The notes: generated from the sequence alone by a model not told the origin. DNA of 55,258 nt, filler included, from Sphacelaria rigidula (GCA_964200075.2; 4 parts of 4 records of this genome joined end to end with filler, not necessarily neighbours in it), one strand, 5' to 3'; shown: positions 13,742 to 27,581, counted from the first letter of the whole stretch. Program-made: numbers and translations.

Positions 13742-13841
13742 NNNNNNNNNNNNNNNNNNNNNNNNNNNNNNNNNNNNNNNNNNNNTTAATTAATTAANNN
13801 NNNNNNNNNNNNNNNNNNNNNNNNNNNNNNNNNNNNNNNNN
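13742..13841. other. Artificial 100-bp contig spacer (N44-TTAATTAATTAA-N44)
   Basis: Six-frame stop linker within Ns; the same spacer occurs at 27582-27681 and 41421-41520. Confidence 0.97.
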
Positions 13842-14630
13842 AAGGAGAGAGGCCCACGCGAGATGGATGTCGAGCAAAATTACGGTAGAATGGGAGGAGT
13901 ATACAAAAGCTCGAAAGAAAGTAAAGAAGATGGTACAACAGAAAAAGAAGGAAGTACGAGAAAAAGACGTGAATAAAACAATTGAAGATTTCGACGGCGG
14001 GATGAATCAAATGTGGGTAGGGATAAAAGCGGATAATGGGAAACCAGGCAAGAAAGATAGACGGCGGGATAGCCACACTCCGGGCACAGAACGGTAAAAT
14101 GGTCAGCATTTCGAAGGGAAAGAAAGAACTGCGAGTCGAGTGCTACCGTGAACTAGGAACACCAAAAAGTAACACGAAGTTCGACGCGGAATTCGAAAAA
14201 GAGATCAACGACTGGGCAGGAGCAAATGTAGAGCCGTCAAAACGAGAGGATGGTGGCTCGAAATCACTGCAGAGAGAATTCACCAGAGATGAAGTAAAGG
14301 AGTGCGTAGCTAAAGTCAAGAACAAGAGGCAACAGGGGCAGACGGAATAGTGGATGGATTTCTGAGGATGGGGGTGCAGGAATGATTACCATGATGGATA
14401 TACTGTTTAACTGGATCTGGGAGAACGAGTACACACCCAAGAGGTGGAGAGAAGGAGTAGTCATCAATCTTTCTGAAAAGGGAGACAGGGCTGACCCAGG
14501 GAATTATAGAGGGATAACGCTACTGAGCACGATGGGGAAAACATTTTGAAAGATTCTGAATGATAGAGTAGGAACGATGCTAGAGAAGGACGAAAATATC
14601 AGCGACGAACGAGCAGGTTTCAGACCAAGT
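13842..14630 (+). pseudogene. Decayed non-LTR retrotransposon (LINE) ORF2 fragment, tether region and start of reverse transcriptase
   Basis: Across frameshifts and stops it reads LQREFTRDEVKECVAKVKNK...LFNWIWENEYTPKRWREGVVI...KGDRADPGNYRGITLLSTMGKTF*KILNDRV...DERAGFRP, a typical LINE RT N-terminal motif set. Truncated by the contig start and after GFRP. Confidence 0.92.
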
Positions 14631-16872
14631 CTCGAGGGATTGATGCATCTCATATCTTGCCCCATACGGTGTACCTGACTCGAACTATGTTGCCAAGTGT
14701 TGGGCCAACACTCCCGCATTCCATCGCGAAGCAAACTATTTTTGTCAAATATCGTCCTCAACGTTTCGGACAACCGGAGATCGAAACGAAACGGTTCGTA
14801 CTCTCTGCCGTACTTTGATTCGATATAATTTCCCTCTCAAAAGTGTGGGATAGGCCCGTGGTACCAGTTTCACCGCCGGGTCACTATGATATATGTGTTT
14901 TCTCGTTATACTTCCAATCCTTCCTCTTTCTAGAGACGAGTCCGTAGTCTCGAGGCAGCAAACCCATCTCTCCACCGGTGCGAGCCCAATATTTTGGTAT
15001 TATCGTAAAGTAGATCAGCACTTCTACAGCGCGTCGAATCTTACCAAATGTCTTCGCTACCCACGCTCTGACTTTTGTAACGGCAGAAATCAGACACTTT
15101 CAGGGGCATACCCCGCATCTGCTGGGATTTGAACCCCCGATTTTCCACCCTGCTGACAGCATATATACTTCGTATGTACCGGTTAGATCACGGAACTGTG
15201 TAGACGCTAGTCATCATATGCACGGAAAAGACGTGTGGGCCTGGAAGAGCTATAAATTGTACGAACAGGATTCTAACGGTACGGTTGTACTGTTATTAAG
15301 TTGATGTTACTCTATTTTAATGCTTTGATCCACTCGGTCGTCCCCTTGTTTGAACCTAGTTCGAAGCTTGTTTGACTTCGTGTGGTACAGTACTGTGCTG
15401 CGCAATGCTCACTTCACTGTTGGGATGTTGTTTGGCGTACAGTGTTGCGCTTGACATTACCTGTACCTACCAGGCGGTTGCAGTACGCATCACATCGCGG
15501 GACTACACGCACAATTACAGCACAGGATATTCACTGCTACACCGGGCACCTTCATTCGGACTGTATCTTAACGATCAGTGCTATTTGGCACCGAGTTTCT
15601 CCGCTGTAGGCCATTGACGCCGATCTTTGCTCGGAATAATCTTTTCAAGACCGCACCCTACCTACATGATGAGTTGTTTTTTAATCTCCCAATATCTCCC
15701 TTCCTTGAATGACGAAATCGTCACTTTTCCCCCTGTCGCTATACCCTTGAGATACAGCACCTGGTGGAAGTTTTATTACGGCATTGTTTTAAGGGGAACG
15801 TTTCCGGTGCCGTTGCGTGGACGCCGTCGATGTGAAGAAAATCTCGTTACTGGTCCCAGGGGGTGTTATACTCCATCATCGAGCACAGCTCATTTTATCA
15901 TGTGCAGACGATTCTAGTGGTATTGTACGGACGAGACACTACACTATGGCACCTTAGTGCTATCCCTATCATTCGTCGACTAACAGGGTTGAGCAGTACT
16001 ATGAGACCGCTGTGGCGCGACAGGGTGGATGGAGCAACACGGCAGCTAAATTTCAAGCTGCAACAGGCAGAAACACCAGGTGCAATCGCAGCCCAACTCC
16101 ACAAGCGCCGGTTTTTCTTGGTACGCCCAACAACGAGCGTTCCTCCATTTCCCCTTGTAGCCACCACCCCAAATAATGCAGACGTCTACTATTTTCTGGT
16201 CTCCGACTGGCTCAAGTACTGTGTGGTGACACAAGGCCTCGCGATGCTTCTTGGAGCGATCAGCGATGCCGTGAGGTGCGTTTCCTTCACGATGTTTTCC
16301 CGCTTCACTGAGGTGAAAAATCGCATGATCGACACATTAACTTTACAGCCGTCCTTCAAAGCTTCGGTAGATCGTCACTATGTGCCAAGCTTTCACGCCA
16401 CTGCAGTGGTGCCTCCCCAAAATGACCCCATCCAGCGTTACTGCTGTAGCGCATGTGCGTTGGTTGGTGCGATCCAGGCGGATGGATACAAATATTGTGT
16501 CATTTTCCATCCCGGTTGATCTTTGTGACAGTTCATTTCAGAACAGTTTAATGTGCTGGCGCCGGCATCGGCCATAGTACTATTACAGATTGCCATAGCA
16601 GAATTGAGAGATACACAGACGACAACACCTCACACTTCCTGTCGTGTATGGTATCTCCAGATTACCAAGCAGCTGGGACATCAGTAGCTGCGATGTCCCT
16701 TCAGATGACCGCATTTCAATATGCTACATCAGCGTTTACATGTACCCAAAACCATTTTAACATGCATGCACGCCCTCAGGCGAGGTGGCACACCGTCAGG
16801 CCGGGTTCGATCCCGAGTTGTCAACAAAGGATGCCCTGCGTTCCCAACGCAAGCGCAGTAGCTGTTGCTACC

Positions 16873-16978
16873 ATGGAGAGCAGTAGAACAATGGATGAAA
16901 ATAAGGCGAGGGGTTTGCAGCTGGCGCAGGAGCGGTACAAGCGGAGGTTGGCCTCTCGGGCAGCTGGGAACTCAGCTG
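16873..16978 (+). CDS. Possible first coding exon of an unknown gene (MESSRTMDENKARGLQLAQERYKRRLASRAAGNSA)
   Basis: accATGG start context, protein-like composition, and a consensus G|GTAAGT donor at 16979. No downstream exon was identified; it could be transposon-derived. Confidence 0.3.
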
Positions 16979-17621
16979 GTAAGTCATTGCCGCTCATTTG
17001 CGTTGCTGTACTCGTACCGTAAAGCAAGTACAGTGACATTGCTGACGAATTTCAAGCTGAGCACGAAACTAGAGGTGTTTTCATGTCTGTGTCAGCGGTT
17101 GTGGTGTTGGTGTACCTAATTATGAGCGTAGCGTGCGCGCAGTCCACACTGATCACTGTGGCATGTGGTCTTGCACTCGGTGCGCGCGAATGATCCACAA
17201 TATGACCATGATACGGGGTATAACACCCAGGTTTGTGTGGAATCTGGAATTAATTCTCGCGTGAAACGCGATGGCCACACCACCGAAATTTTCGTCATTA
17301 GAAGGGATCCCATTTTCTGTTGAAAGAGTGTTGCGGTAGTACACATCCTTGTTGACAAATTAGTCGAGCTTGAATGTCTTGTTGCTCGCCGTGCGTGACG
17401 AGTAGTCGATGTCAAGACCCGCTGTCCTTTCTGAGTCGTGTGTGCTCAATCATCACGCCAAATTCGTGCACCGACTGTCAATGTGGCAACGTGAATATGG
17501 GGAATTGCGCTCTTCGTTGACTCTTGCACAGTTGACCCTTGAACAGTTGGAGCAAATACTTTCGAATTATGTTGGCGATTTGGACTGAACAGTGCGCTGC
17601 TGGCCGTGCTGTAATGTACTT

Positions 17622-18261
17622 CAAGGTTCCATATCGGACCGACAAAAAAGTTCGATACGATATTTTAGAATATCGACCCACAACCGGCGATACCGATGTT
17701 GTTGTCGATATTCCGAAAATGATACGATACGTATCGAGTATCGATATTCGATACGATACGGCTGTTTTGGTATAGCCGCCGTGAACAAGACCGAGTGGTA
17801 CATTCGCACACTGGCACCCTCACTCACTTTTTAGGTTGCAGAAGATACCACATATCGTAAACTGGTTTTCAAAGCTCTTTCAGTCCTCACCAGAAACTAT
17901 GCGCGGGCTGAACTGGGCGGCGTTGCAACCATCTCGTCGAAAGCTTTCCAAAACTTGTTTGATGCTGGCATTCACTTCGTTGTGGAGTAATCGACCTCTG
18001 AAAATCGCTCCGGAGGGTGTGGTGTCTCATGCAACCTGCAAAAGTAAGTGAGGGTGCCAGTGTTCCAGTGTACCGCTCCGTCGTGTGCACCGCGGTCATA
18101 CCAGAACAGTCTTATCCTATCGAATATCGATACTCGGTACGTATAGTGTCATTTTCGGGATATCGACAAATATCGCTTTCCCACGCTCCGATGTCGATAC
18201 TGCGTATCGCCAATTTTCTATCGAAGTCGTATCGATTATCGATATCCGATGTGCAACCCTG
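17622..18261. mobile_element. hAT-like MITE/foldback with ~220-bp inverted arms rich in ATCGAT/CGATA motifs
   Basis: Termini CAAGGTTCCA...TGCAACCCTG. Arms 17622-17840 and 18030-18261 are reverse complements. Imperfect candidate 8-bp TSD AATGTACT/ACTGTACT. Confidence 0.8.
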
Positions 18262-19452
18262 ACTGTACTGCCTGTATCGTACTATTTGGAGACCTGTAGC
18301 TTACTAGTAATACTCACAATCAATGACCCTGGCATTCAACATAACTCATCAATACAAGAAGGTAGTAACTTCCAATTCCATGGCGAACCATAACCATAAA
18401 AAAGAGAGGAAGCCTCACCGTTAGGGATGCTAATGGGGGGGGGGTGTTGGCCTCCGAAAAGTGTCCGGGCTGTCCGACGGTATTTTTCCGATCATGGACC
18501 ACTTGTCTTTGTTTCGTTAATGCACTTGAGTTTAGTCTACATCCTTTACATGGGAAAATCGTGCGTTCAGGTGCAGACGACGCGTAAATCTCCACACCGC
18601 TGACACATCCCGGGGATGGACCGCTTTTCAAGTGCTTCTCAAGCTTCCCCTCCAAAACCTGCAAAAAATCTATTTTTTTTGCTATTACGGGACGTGCCCT
18701 GAAAAAAAAGGTTACAGCCCAATGCATTCGAATTCGAAGTAAACAACGCAAAAAGAGCGCTCGAATCGCACACGTCGCCAAGGAGATCTGGGGTGTCAAA
18801 GTCGGCCCCTCAAAGGAGTCTCCGGACCAACCCTCCGTTCTCAACATCAAGGGAAGAAATAGCGCAGAAGAGACTGGGGACGAAATGTCGGAGGGGAGGT
18901 CTAAGCTGGTGCGTATGCATGGCCCTGTATTGATCAAACACAAGTAAGAACGCACGGTGAGAATGAGAATCATCTTGGCGTTTCTCGTGATATATTTTTC
19001 TTTCGTCCTTCCGATTGGTTGCCCCTCAGCTCTCAACCAATAATGCACACTCGCCGGTCCAACCAATACCATTTTTGAATCCACACGCGCACAACAGAGC
19101 CCGTTTTTGAACCCACCCGCGCACAAAAGAGCCGGCAATTAGAGCACGCCACGGCACGCGCACCCACAACACAGCTCACATGCGCACATACACAGACGAA
19201 CTACAACCAGCTAGCGGCAAACATCAAGATATCATACAACGGAGAAAGGCTCGACAAACGCACACGAAATCAAAATTTATCCGAATATCTACCTTGCTTG
19301 GAGGAATAAAAAACTCAAACTGCATGACTCTTACCATTCATGTCCATACCCACTGATTGATTGATTGTCGCACTTTGACCGACCCCCCAGGGGTCCAGCC
19401 GTGGTCTCATGATAGACGTACCCACGAAAGACGAAACTGAAACACGCTCGAA

Positions 19453-19919
19453 GGCTACTTCTTACGTATTGAAAAGTAAAATGTGTTTAAAAGTGCTTTT
19501 TTGGCCCTTCTCCGTCGTTTTTGTCCCCAAAGAGGGCTAGGCGGTTGTGGATGCCTTGGAATGACTTGCTCTACTCGCTGAGACCGTTCCAGAGCACCTT
19601 TGCGTTTTCTGTAGGTCATAGTTTCGTTCTTGGCCAAAACTGCATTTTCAATAACAAACGTCAAGTTATCGAAAAAATGGCAGTTTTCCCCCTGTTTTTC
19701 GATAACTTGACCGTTTGTTATTGAAAATGCAGTTTTGGCCAAGAACGAAACTATGACCTACAGAAAACGCAAAGGTGCTCTGGAACTGTCTCAGCCAGTA
19801 GAGCAAGTCATTCCAAGGCGTCCGCATCCGCCTAGCCCTCTTTGGGGACAAAAACGACGGAGAAGGGCCAAAAAAGCACTTTTGAACAACTTTTACTTTT
19901 CGATACACGAGAAGTAGCC
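19453..19919. mobile_element. Near-perfect palindromic foldback MITE (GGC...GCC termini, Harbinger/Tourist-like) inserted in a family C retroposon
   Basis: Arms of ~225 bp pair almost perfectly around a short loop at ~19680-19693. The flanks rejoin into a family C copy. TSD ambiguous (GAA/TGA or GA). Confidence 0.9.
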
Positions 19920-20616
19920 TGAGGAGAAGAAAAAAAGAAAAAAAAGGAACAGAGAAAAACAGAAAAAAAAAGAGGGGTCGAACAGAACGACGTAGCAGAC
20001 CCACTGCAAGGCCGGCATGTTTTCGCGGTTGTCTCTCTCCTTCATTTATTTTGCGGGTGGCGGGGAGGGGGTTCGCCTCCCCGGTGAACGCAAAATAATC
20101 GTTCTGGTATGATGGTGAGAAGGGACGCGGGGATGACATGAAAAAAATGGAGTATTTGAGTATAGGTATATACGTGTATACGTCTTGACTTCAAGACCCC
20201 CGCACACTTGGGAGGTGTGTCTGGCATGTGTGGCGAAAAGACAAGAGCGGGGGGCAACAGCCGTGTAGATCAGCCGTTCGATGACAATATCAACACGCCA
20301 TCTGTGTTGACGGTAGAAGTACTTGTGTTCACGGCTTTGTGTATAATATATGCTAGCGTCACTACAATATCTTACAGTACCTCCCGTGCAGTGCCGTCTG
20401 TACCGAGGTCCTGTCTGTACCAGACCGCCCGCTACTACTGCCTGTATTAAAATCAATGCTACGCGGTATACGTTTGCTGCGGCGTTGTCATTCCATCTAT
20501 TCTGGACGCCAGCTACACCTTTCGATATATGTGGGCGCATCAACCGGTGTCAAACGGGAGGACGGCAAGCACAGGGGTTCATCTCTTTTATTTTTTGGGG
20601 AAAAGGATGAGCAATT

Positions 20617-20935
20617 GCGCCCCGGTTGTGCAATGGTCCGACTGTCGCCACTAGAGTACAGAGAACGAGGGTTCGATTCCCGATGCGTGGGCTTTTTTCC
20701 TTCGTATCTTGTTTCCACCGTGGAAAGCGTGAGAACGTGAGTAAGCCAAGTAGTTGACTAAGCTAGCTTATTTGACGTGCGTTTACGCGGTGCGGGAATG
20801 GTGATAGTCATGACCCAATCCGCGAGACCAACGTGCAAGGTGTGTAGCGGGTAGAGATGGGTTGATCCGTTGAGACCACGGACTCGTCCCGAGGAAGGGG
20901 AGGGGTTCGAAGTGCGACAAATAAATAGAAGAAAT
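20617..20935 (+). mobile_element. tRNA-derived SINE family A, full-length copy
   Basis: A-box-like CGGTTGTGCAATGG, B-box GGTTCGATTCC, body, and 3' end GGGGAGGGGTTCGAAGTGCGAC plus A-rich tail. Collinear with 34011-34342 (-). Confidence 0.85.
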
Positions 20936-22470
20936 CGCATAGTTGATGAATACTTCCTCTGTGCTAAAAGTGAAGGGCCTGATGATTGCACGGGCCCTCT
21001 ACGGTGTCATATTTGATTATCGATCTTTTTATTGCATTCGTCGGCGTTTCATCACCCAACACCAACGTTCTTTCTACAACGTGGGTGCTTGACCCGTGCA
21101 GCCGCGCGGCCGAAAAAAAGTAGGTCGGTGCAAAAACGGCCATTTCTTGCTCGTTTTCCCAAGAAAACACGAGAGGCCCGGGAACACGAAAAATTGCGAA
21201 AAATGGGCCAGAAAATGTGGATACCGCGAAACCACCATGGATTTTGGCCATGTCCGTAATGTTATCCTACGCACGCCCCATCCAACATTTTGTTAGCATG
21301 TAATTGCTAGTGCTCGACGTGGAAACGTCCAAAATCGGCCAATGATGGAGTATTAGTGGATCAAGAGTCAAAATGGGGGTATATTTCGACATAATTTTAG
21401 TGATGGAAAAAAATTTTATTCCGTTTTTTTCTTCACCAGCTTCGTCTGCGATATATCTCTCTAACGAACACATCCATAGGATGATCGTCAACGTTGAAAT
21501 ACCCAAAGGATTGAACGCCCATAAGAACCTTTACTTATGGCACAGAGGATATATAGCACTAAAAACAGTGAACGTGAAGATTATCTAGTATTTATCACTC
21601 TCAGGGAGCGGGCGCGGACGCGCGCAACACCGTGGGGTGGTGGGGCTGGATACTGCACCACCAGCGAGAGGGGAAAAATGAGAGCTCCCCTCGTAGAAGT
21701 GCTTCTGCGATTTCCCCTCAGCTACATTGATCACAGCGTTGTCGTCTTTTTTTCACCATCAACTACTATACTTCACATTGGAAACTCACAGGGTAGGGAG
21801 GTGAGTGATTCTCGTTCCCTTGTCGCCGTGTACTACTGTTGTCTCTATGTAGTTCGGGTGATGTAGTAGGTGACTGGGGGTATAAGCGATGAACCGGATT
21901 TAGCACGAAACGTAGGGGCGTGGATGTCGATAGAGCACCAGGTAGGGGCTGGTCGGTTGAAGCAAATATGCCCAACGGTCCTGAGAGGCGAGTATAGGCC
22001 ACTGCAGCGACCGTGTGCATGCTAAGCGGAGGAATGAGGTGGCTCTGGGACTGATTGCAGCTACTTAGTGGACGATTGATGGCAAAATCGCACTTTGCAT
22101 GCCAACTTTGAAATTCAGACCAGCTACGTGTACAGTCTGCATGATATTGTACACACTTTTGTGCTACTACTGTATACGTATAACCACTGCGCTGACTCTC
22201 TGTCCGCTCTCTCGGGAAAACGCTTGAACTCTCCTCTTTCAGTGTTCTTGACGTACCGCCGGACCGCTGATCTGGGCGATCCCGCAAGGGACGTCGGCAA
22301 GCTGGTTAACTTTGCTTTGTATGCAGCAATCACCCTTTTTGTGCTGTAGTTTGTCCTCACCGTCGATGGAACAGCAGGCGGGGAGGGGATGGTCGATGGC
22401 AACAAATATGTGAAAATGTCCTGAGAGGCGAAGGGCCACAACAGCGACGATGTGTCCGCTGTTAATTATA

Positions 22471-24252
22471 CCGTTAGACATGCTAATCGGGGCAAAGAAG
22501 TGCAAGGGCTGTTCGAGGAAATCACAACGACCACAAACAACAATTCCCTCTCTCCTTTTTTGTCCTGGGATGCTCCGCCCTAAAACACTTACTTTTACAA
22601 TCCAATCTCTTGACGGGTTAGTCACGCGCGCAGGCAAAACCCTTCCTGCCTACACCTCACATCCTATTGCTGACCATCCATACCCACCCTATAGCAGTGA
22701 CCTTGTCCTACTACTTTGAAGGCGTGTACTCTAAACCTGAAAAAAAAAAAAAATCCGCCTTACTGATCTGACCGCGGGACGTGCCCTGAAATGGCCACGG
22801 CAGTATGTGCATTGGGGTTTGGAGCACCCAACGCAACAATCGACGCTGGAATCGCGTACATAATTTAGCCGTAAAGAACCACCAGGGAAAAATTTATCCC
22901 TCGGTGAAGTGTTCCCAGCACCACGCTGTCCCCAATGGATGCAAGTGAAAAGTAATCACACCCAGAAGGGACTCGGGGGGAAAAGTCGGAGGACAGCTCT
23001 GAATCGGTCGCAGAGTAACTTTGGTTCGGTGCGTGCGCTTGTGCAAGTATGATCCACTCTGACATTTTCAGTTCAGAAAAGCGTCGCCGCTTTTGCACAT
23101 ACAGTACACAGCCGCACAAGGAACCCAAAGAGGAGAGCATGGCGCGTAGTGGAACAGACGACATCATGGTGACTGAATTATGCTCTTCTCTCCATCTGTC
23201 GTGTTGATCGTATTGGTACAGCCATATTCGTCGCACCGCCTCTCCAGCCTCGGCCTGCTGCGACTTGAGCTTGTACGTCGGGAATACACGGACAAGTGTC
23301 ACTCACACCAGCGTCCAGGCAAATGTGGTATCGGCATAGTTTTCACTTGAAAAATGAATCTGAAACCCAGATGACCCAATCGGAGGTCAAAAAGTTCAAC
23401 TTAAGAAGCGGTTATTGTAGGAAGAGATGACCATCTCCAGAGATTTTGACTTGAAAAATCAACGCAAGACACCATCTTGATGATCAAGCGCCACTTTGAG
23501 AGCGGGCGGGAAGAAGTGACGCTCTCCGAAGCAGTTATCCGATACTCTACGACACCCACAGAAAAGGGAGGAATGCGGCGGGGGGCACAGAGAAGTTAAC
23601 ACTGTACTGTACTGCGCTATGCTGTGCTGCATTGTACGGTGCTGTGCGGTGCACTCCAGCTTTGTCTAATCAGACAGAAGACAACCACCTCAGAATGGGT
23701 CAGTTGTGTTTGATGGATGTAATATTGACGTCAAAAATGAATGCCCACCGCGGCAGTCCAAGGACTTTATTTTTCAACTGGAGGCGGGGACGGGTGACGG
23801 TGTCGAAGGGGTTGGTGTAATCTGATGCTCGGTGATACCCATCGACAAACGGAACGAACACAATGGGTGGGAGAGAGAAGACAACACCGTACTGTAATAT
23901 AAAGCGTTGTACTGCGGTACTGCACTGTGCGTTTTCGATCGGCTCTGTCTCGACCTATACAGACGGACACCCCAAGGTGGGTCATCCGTGTTGCATTGTC
24001 TTTGATTTGAGAATGAATGGTGAACAGACCGTACGGGCGATGCAGTGCAGCAGCGAGATGTGCTTGTTATGCGTGCAGATGGCCTTCTGCGCTTCTTTCC
24101 CCGACCGATCGGGCGGCCCATTTGCTTCTTTGCCGACCGACTGGGCGGATCATTCCCATCTCATTGGCTTGTGCGATTTTCGAACCGGATATCCTACACA
24201 CTTTTTGAAACAAATTCCTATATGTTTTGGCCTCTATTAGCATGTCTAACTG
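22471..24252. mobile_element. Tc1/mariner-like non-autonomous element (TA TSD)
   Basis: TA|CCGTTAGACATGCTAATCGGGGCAAA ... TTTGGCCTCTATTAGCATGTCTAACTG|TA; ~26-bp TIR; no intact transposase inside. Confidence 0.65.
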
Positions 24253-24447
24253 TAGCACTACTACTGTACATATATCACTACTGTCGTACCTTAGTCCTAC
24301 TACTGTACACGCTCTCCTCCTCCAGTGCTCTTGCCGTACCACGGTACCACTGATCGTCCGACCCCGCAAGGGAGCTACAGTACCGTTTATCATCCGATCC
24401 CGCAAGGGAGCTATTACCCTGTACATACTGCAATGCTACTGTGCAGT

Positions 24448-27073
24448 TATGGGTGCGCCTAATCCCCCAAAATGGGCAAAAAAACTGTCACCGACCAAAG
24501 TCACAAAAAGACATGGGCAGACCGACTTTTGCGCTTGTCCGGGCTCGTGGGGTAAAATGCGCCTTACGTCATCAGAAGAGAAGGACATAAATCCAGAATT
24601 AACCTGGAGAAAAAGCGGACTGCATTTTAAAATCGGAACCCCAACGTGGCTGTCACTAGCATGCCAGCGTATCGCAAGCGCGGACGAAAAACGGCGCAGT
24701 GGCACGCAATATATGAGGGAACATGAAGGGGCCGGGGATACAAAAGCAAACGCAAATCGGCAGACACTTAGTAGTTTGGCTGTTAGACGCTGTTAGCCCC
24801 GTCTTGCGTCGTAGCCCATGTCTCGTCGTCCCAGCAGTCGCAGTTGCGCACGAAGCATGCAAACTACTTTACTTGAGTGTTTGCGAATGGCGTCTATCGC
24901 TTTGGTTACACTAAGAACATGTCAGACAACGCCGCTGACTTTGCGCAGTCGTTCCCATGGGGTCCGCAAAACAAGGACGCTGAACCACAAGCAGCAAGTG
25001 CCCCCCGTACCTGCCCCAGACGAAGTCTCAGATACCCATGTACTTACAGTACGTGTGTGTTGTCTTTTGCACATACTGCACATTTCGACCACAAGCGGGT
25101 TGAGAGCGTTTTTTTTCGTGGGGCCGCGCAGCAAGGAATCCTGGCAAGAGTGGGACGACCAGGATATTTTTGCCTCGCTTGGACAAGCTTAGACTGTAGC
25201 GGGTCGGATATATCGGACGGGACATCATCCCACAGCGATGTCGAGGGTTGAGGGTCTACGGCGTGGTTATTCGGTTCGGGGTACGACGATACAATCTTTG
25301 TGGTGTGTCTGCCGGCGTAGAATTTGAACATGGAGGTAGTAAAACAATTTTGTGGCGGGGATGCGGATCGAAATTGGGCCAATATTGTGTGGTTGACGTG
25401 CGACAAAGCCATATGTACTCATGAACTTCAACGAGGATCTCCCTTGCACAGACGAGTGGAGTACAAACAGTCGTCGGGTGTGTGACGTGGGCTGGGCGGA
25501 TGTTGGTTGACCACCTCGTCATGTTTTGAGGAGCTTGATGTATCGGATGCCATCGTTCCGCAATTTTTGGCGGATGAATGACTCGCCTTGTGCAAGCGCA
25601 TTTGGTATTCCGTGGACATGGCCATGCATTTCGTGAACGTGATACTTGATCGGACTCCGAAGATATTTGTGTTCCAAGGGGGAATGGAAACAAGCCGTGC
25701 CACGTGTGTCACCCACCAGGGCCGATTACAACAGATGGGTGTCTCATGACGGGTGGGTCCACTGAAAGACATGGATGGGACTTCGTTGCCGTGTGGCTTC
25801 AGCAATAGTGGGCCGACGACTTGATGCTGTGTGTTGTGCCGTCTTGATGACGCAGCATAGTTCACCAATCGGGAGTGTTAATTAGTCCATATTGATTTTA
25901 GTGTGGACACGGAGATCCGGGATCCTCGGGGGGGGGGAGGCTGTGCTCCTAGCGTGCTCCTAGCGTACGCAGAATGCGTTTTTGTTAAATCGGCGCCTGG
26001 GGCGCCGATTTGAGGTCTGACAATGCACACTTCGCCTAAGGAACACTTTGCACGCCGGTTGCCTGAGGGTTCTCAGTATGCCTTCGTTGGGGTTAAGGTT
26101 AGGGTTGGGATTCGGGTTAGGGTTATAGTTTGTTTGCTTCGCTGCTGCAAGTTCGCGGCGATTCTTTCCTGCTTTCGTGCGGCCACTGCGTTCAGCATAC
26201 TGGTCGTTTTGTTTCCTCCACGCTTCCCGTCTCTCGCCAGTTTGCTATGTGGCTTAAATTCTCCTTCCGTTTGCCCATACTTGACGCCAAGTAAGATTAG
26301 ATACTCACGTACGCTATCGATGGCGTGGCGATTGCACTCGGTGCAGGAGAACGAGCGGTACATTTCCGCCGACACGAGCGATGCACAGACAGGGGTATCT
26401 GTCTGGCAGATACATCTTACGAGGGGGTCGGTCGAAGGTTCAACTTCTACACCTCTCCAACATTCCACCCATGCGATGTATTAGCCATCTGCATTATGTT
26501 GCCACTTTCGTTTTCACCACAATTAAAAGTTATTCATGCGTGTAATCTATGCTGAGGTCGTTGGGCAGGGGTGAGGTTTTCACGTATCGTGGAAACCGGC
26601 GAGGGTTGGAGGCGCTTGTTTGCGCTGGCAGCCCAAACTTTTACCCCGATTACTAATCGCCCAGGCCATCGATTGGGATGTGATTTTTTGCATCATCTAC
26701 GCTAAGACGACAGCTACAACTTGACCGGACATTTTTTTTTCATCTCATCAGGATCCGAGTTGTATAACGAATTAAGTAGGAAAAACATGGTAATTTTGCG
26801 ATCTTCTGGATCACCGTAGCTTGTTTGGCAACACAGGTATGTCAGATTGTAGCTTGGACAAATAGACGCCGGTGAGTAGCCGAGGCACGTCGTGGCTCGT
26901 AGTTCGGGACGACGATAAGGGGAAATCGTGAAGTGGAAACCCCACTCAAAACACAAGTACCCTGGGTGATTTTACGGCGCACATAAACGGGGGCTGTAGA
27001 AGATCTGCGGTCTCCTCGTGTTTTTGGTCGGTGACACTTTTTTGCCCCTTTCGGTGGATCAGGCGCACCCATA
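24448..27073. mobile_element. 2.6-kb TIR DNA element with apparent 5-bp TSD (GCAGT)
   Basis: ~64-bp TIR TATGGGTGCGCCT.ATCC.CC.AAA.GGGCAAAAAA..TGTCACCGACCAAA at both ends; GCAGT at 24443-24447 and 27074-27078. Confidence 0.75.
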
Positions 27074-27213
27074 GCAGTACATATCAATTCCTCTGTCCTC
27101 CACATGGGGCAATCCTTGAACTCTCCGCTTTTAGCAAAGCACTGGATCGCTGTGCATGGGTGCATTGAATAGTATCGGTAGACTCCGGAATGCGGAGTTT
27201 TCAAGAATCGTTG

Positions 27214-27249
<36 letters not shown>

Positions 27250-27581
27250 ACTCGTCTATTTGGGCAACGGGTCATCTCTTGGCCTCCTTGTGCGCGGGGT
27301 GATTCAGAATAGTGACAGCTTTCTCCCCCATCGTCAGAGCATATTGTGAAAATTGTTTCGAGAAGGATAATTTTTTACTTGGATTGAGTGTGGATATTCC
27401 GGACACGTTTTTACTGATCAGCGTATAGGGCGGAGAGATATTTACTATATTCATAAAAAGACTAGTACTAGTATAAAAAAAAACCTATGGTCGCTGTGTC
27501 CGGTCGAGCATGGCATCGTTGTAGGTTTTTTTCCCCCCCACACTTTGAACCCCTCCCCTTCCTCGGGATGGGCCGAGAGCG

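Noticed and set aside
13786-13797. TTAATTAATTAA palindrome as a biological motif
   Set aside because: Artificial six-frame stop linker repeated identically in all three gaps.
15863-16519. 218-aa plus-strand ORF
   Set aside because: No recognisable domain, non-ATG start and no convincing splice structure.
18320-19138. 272-aa minus-strand ORF, the longest in the track
   Set aside because: Runs through homopolymer-rich repeat-like sequence, with no protein motif.
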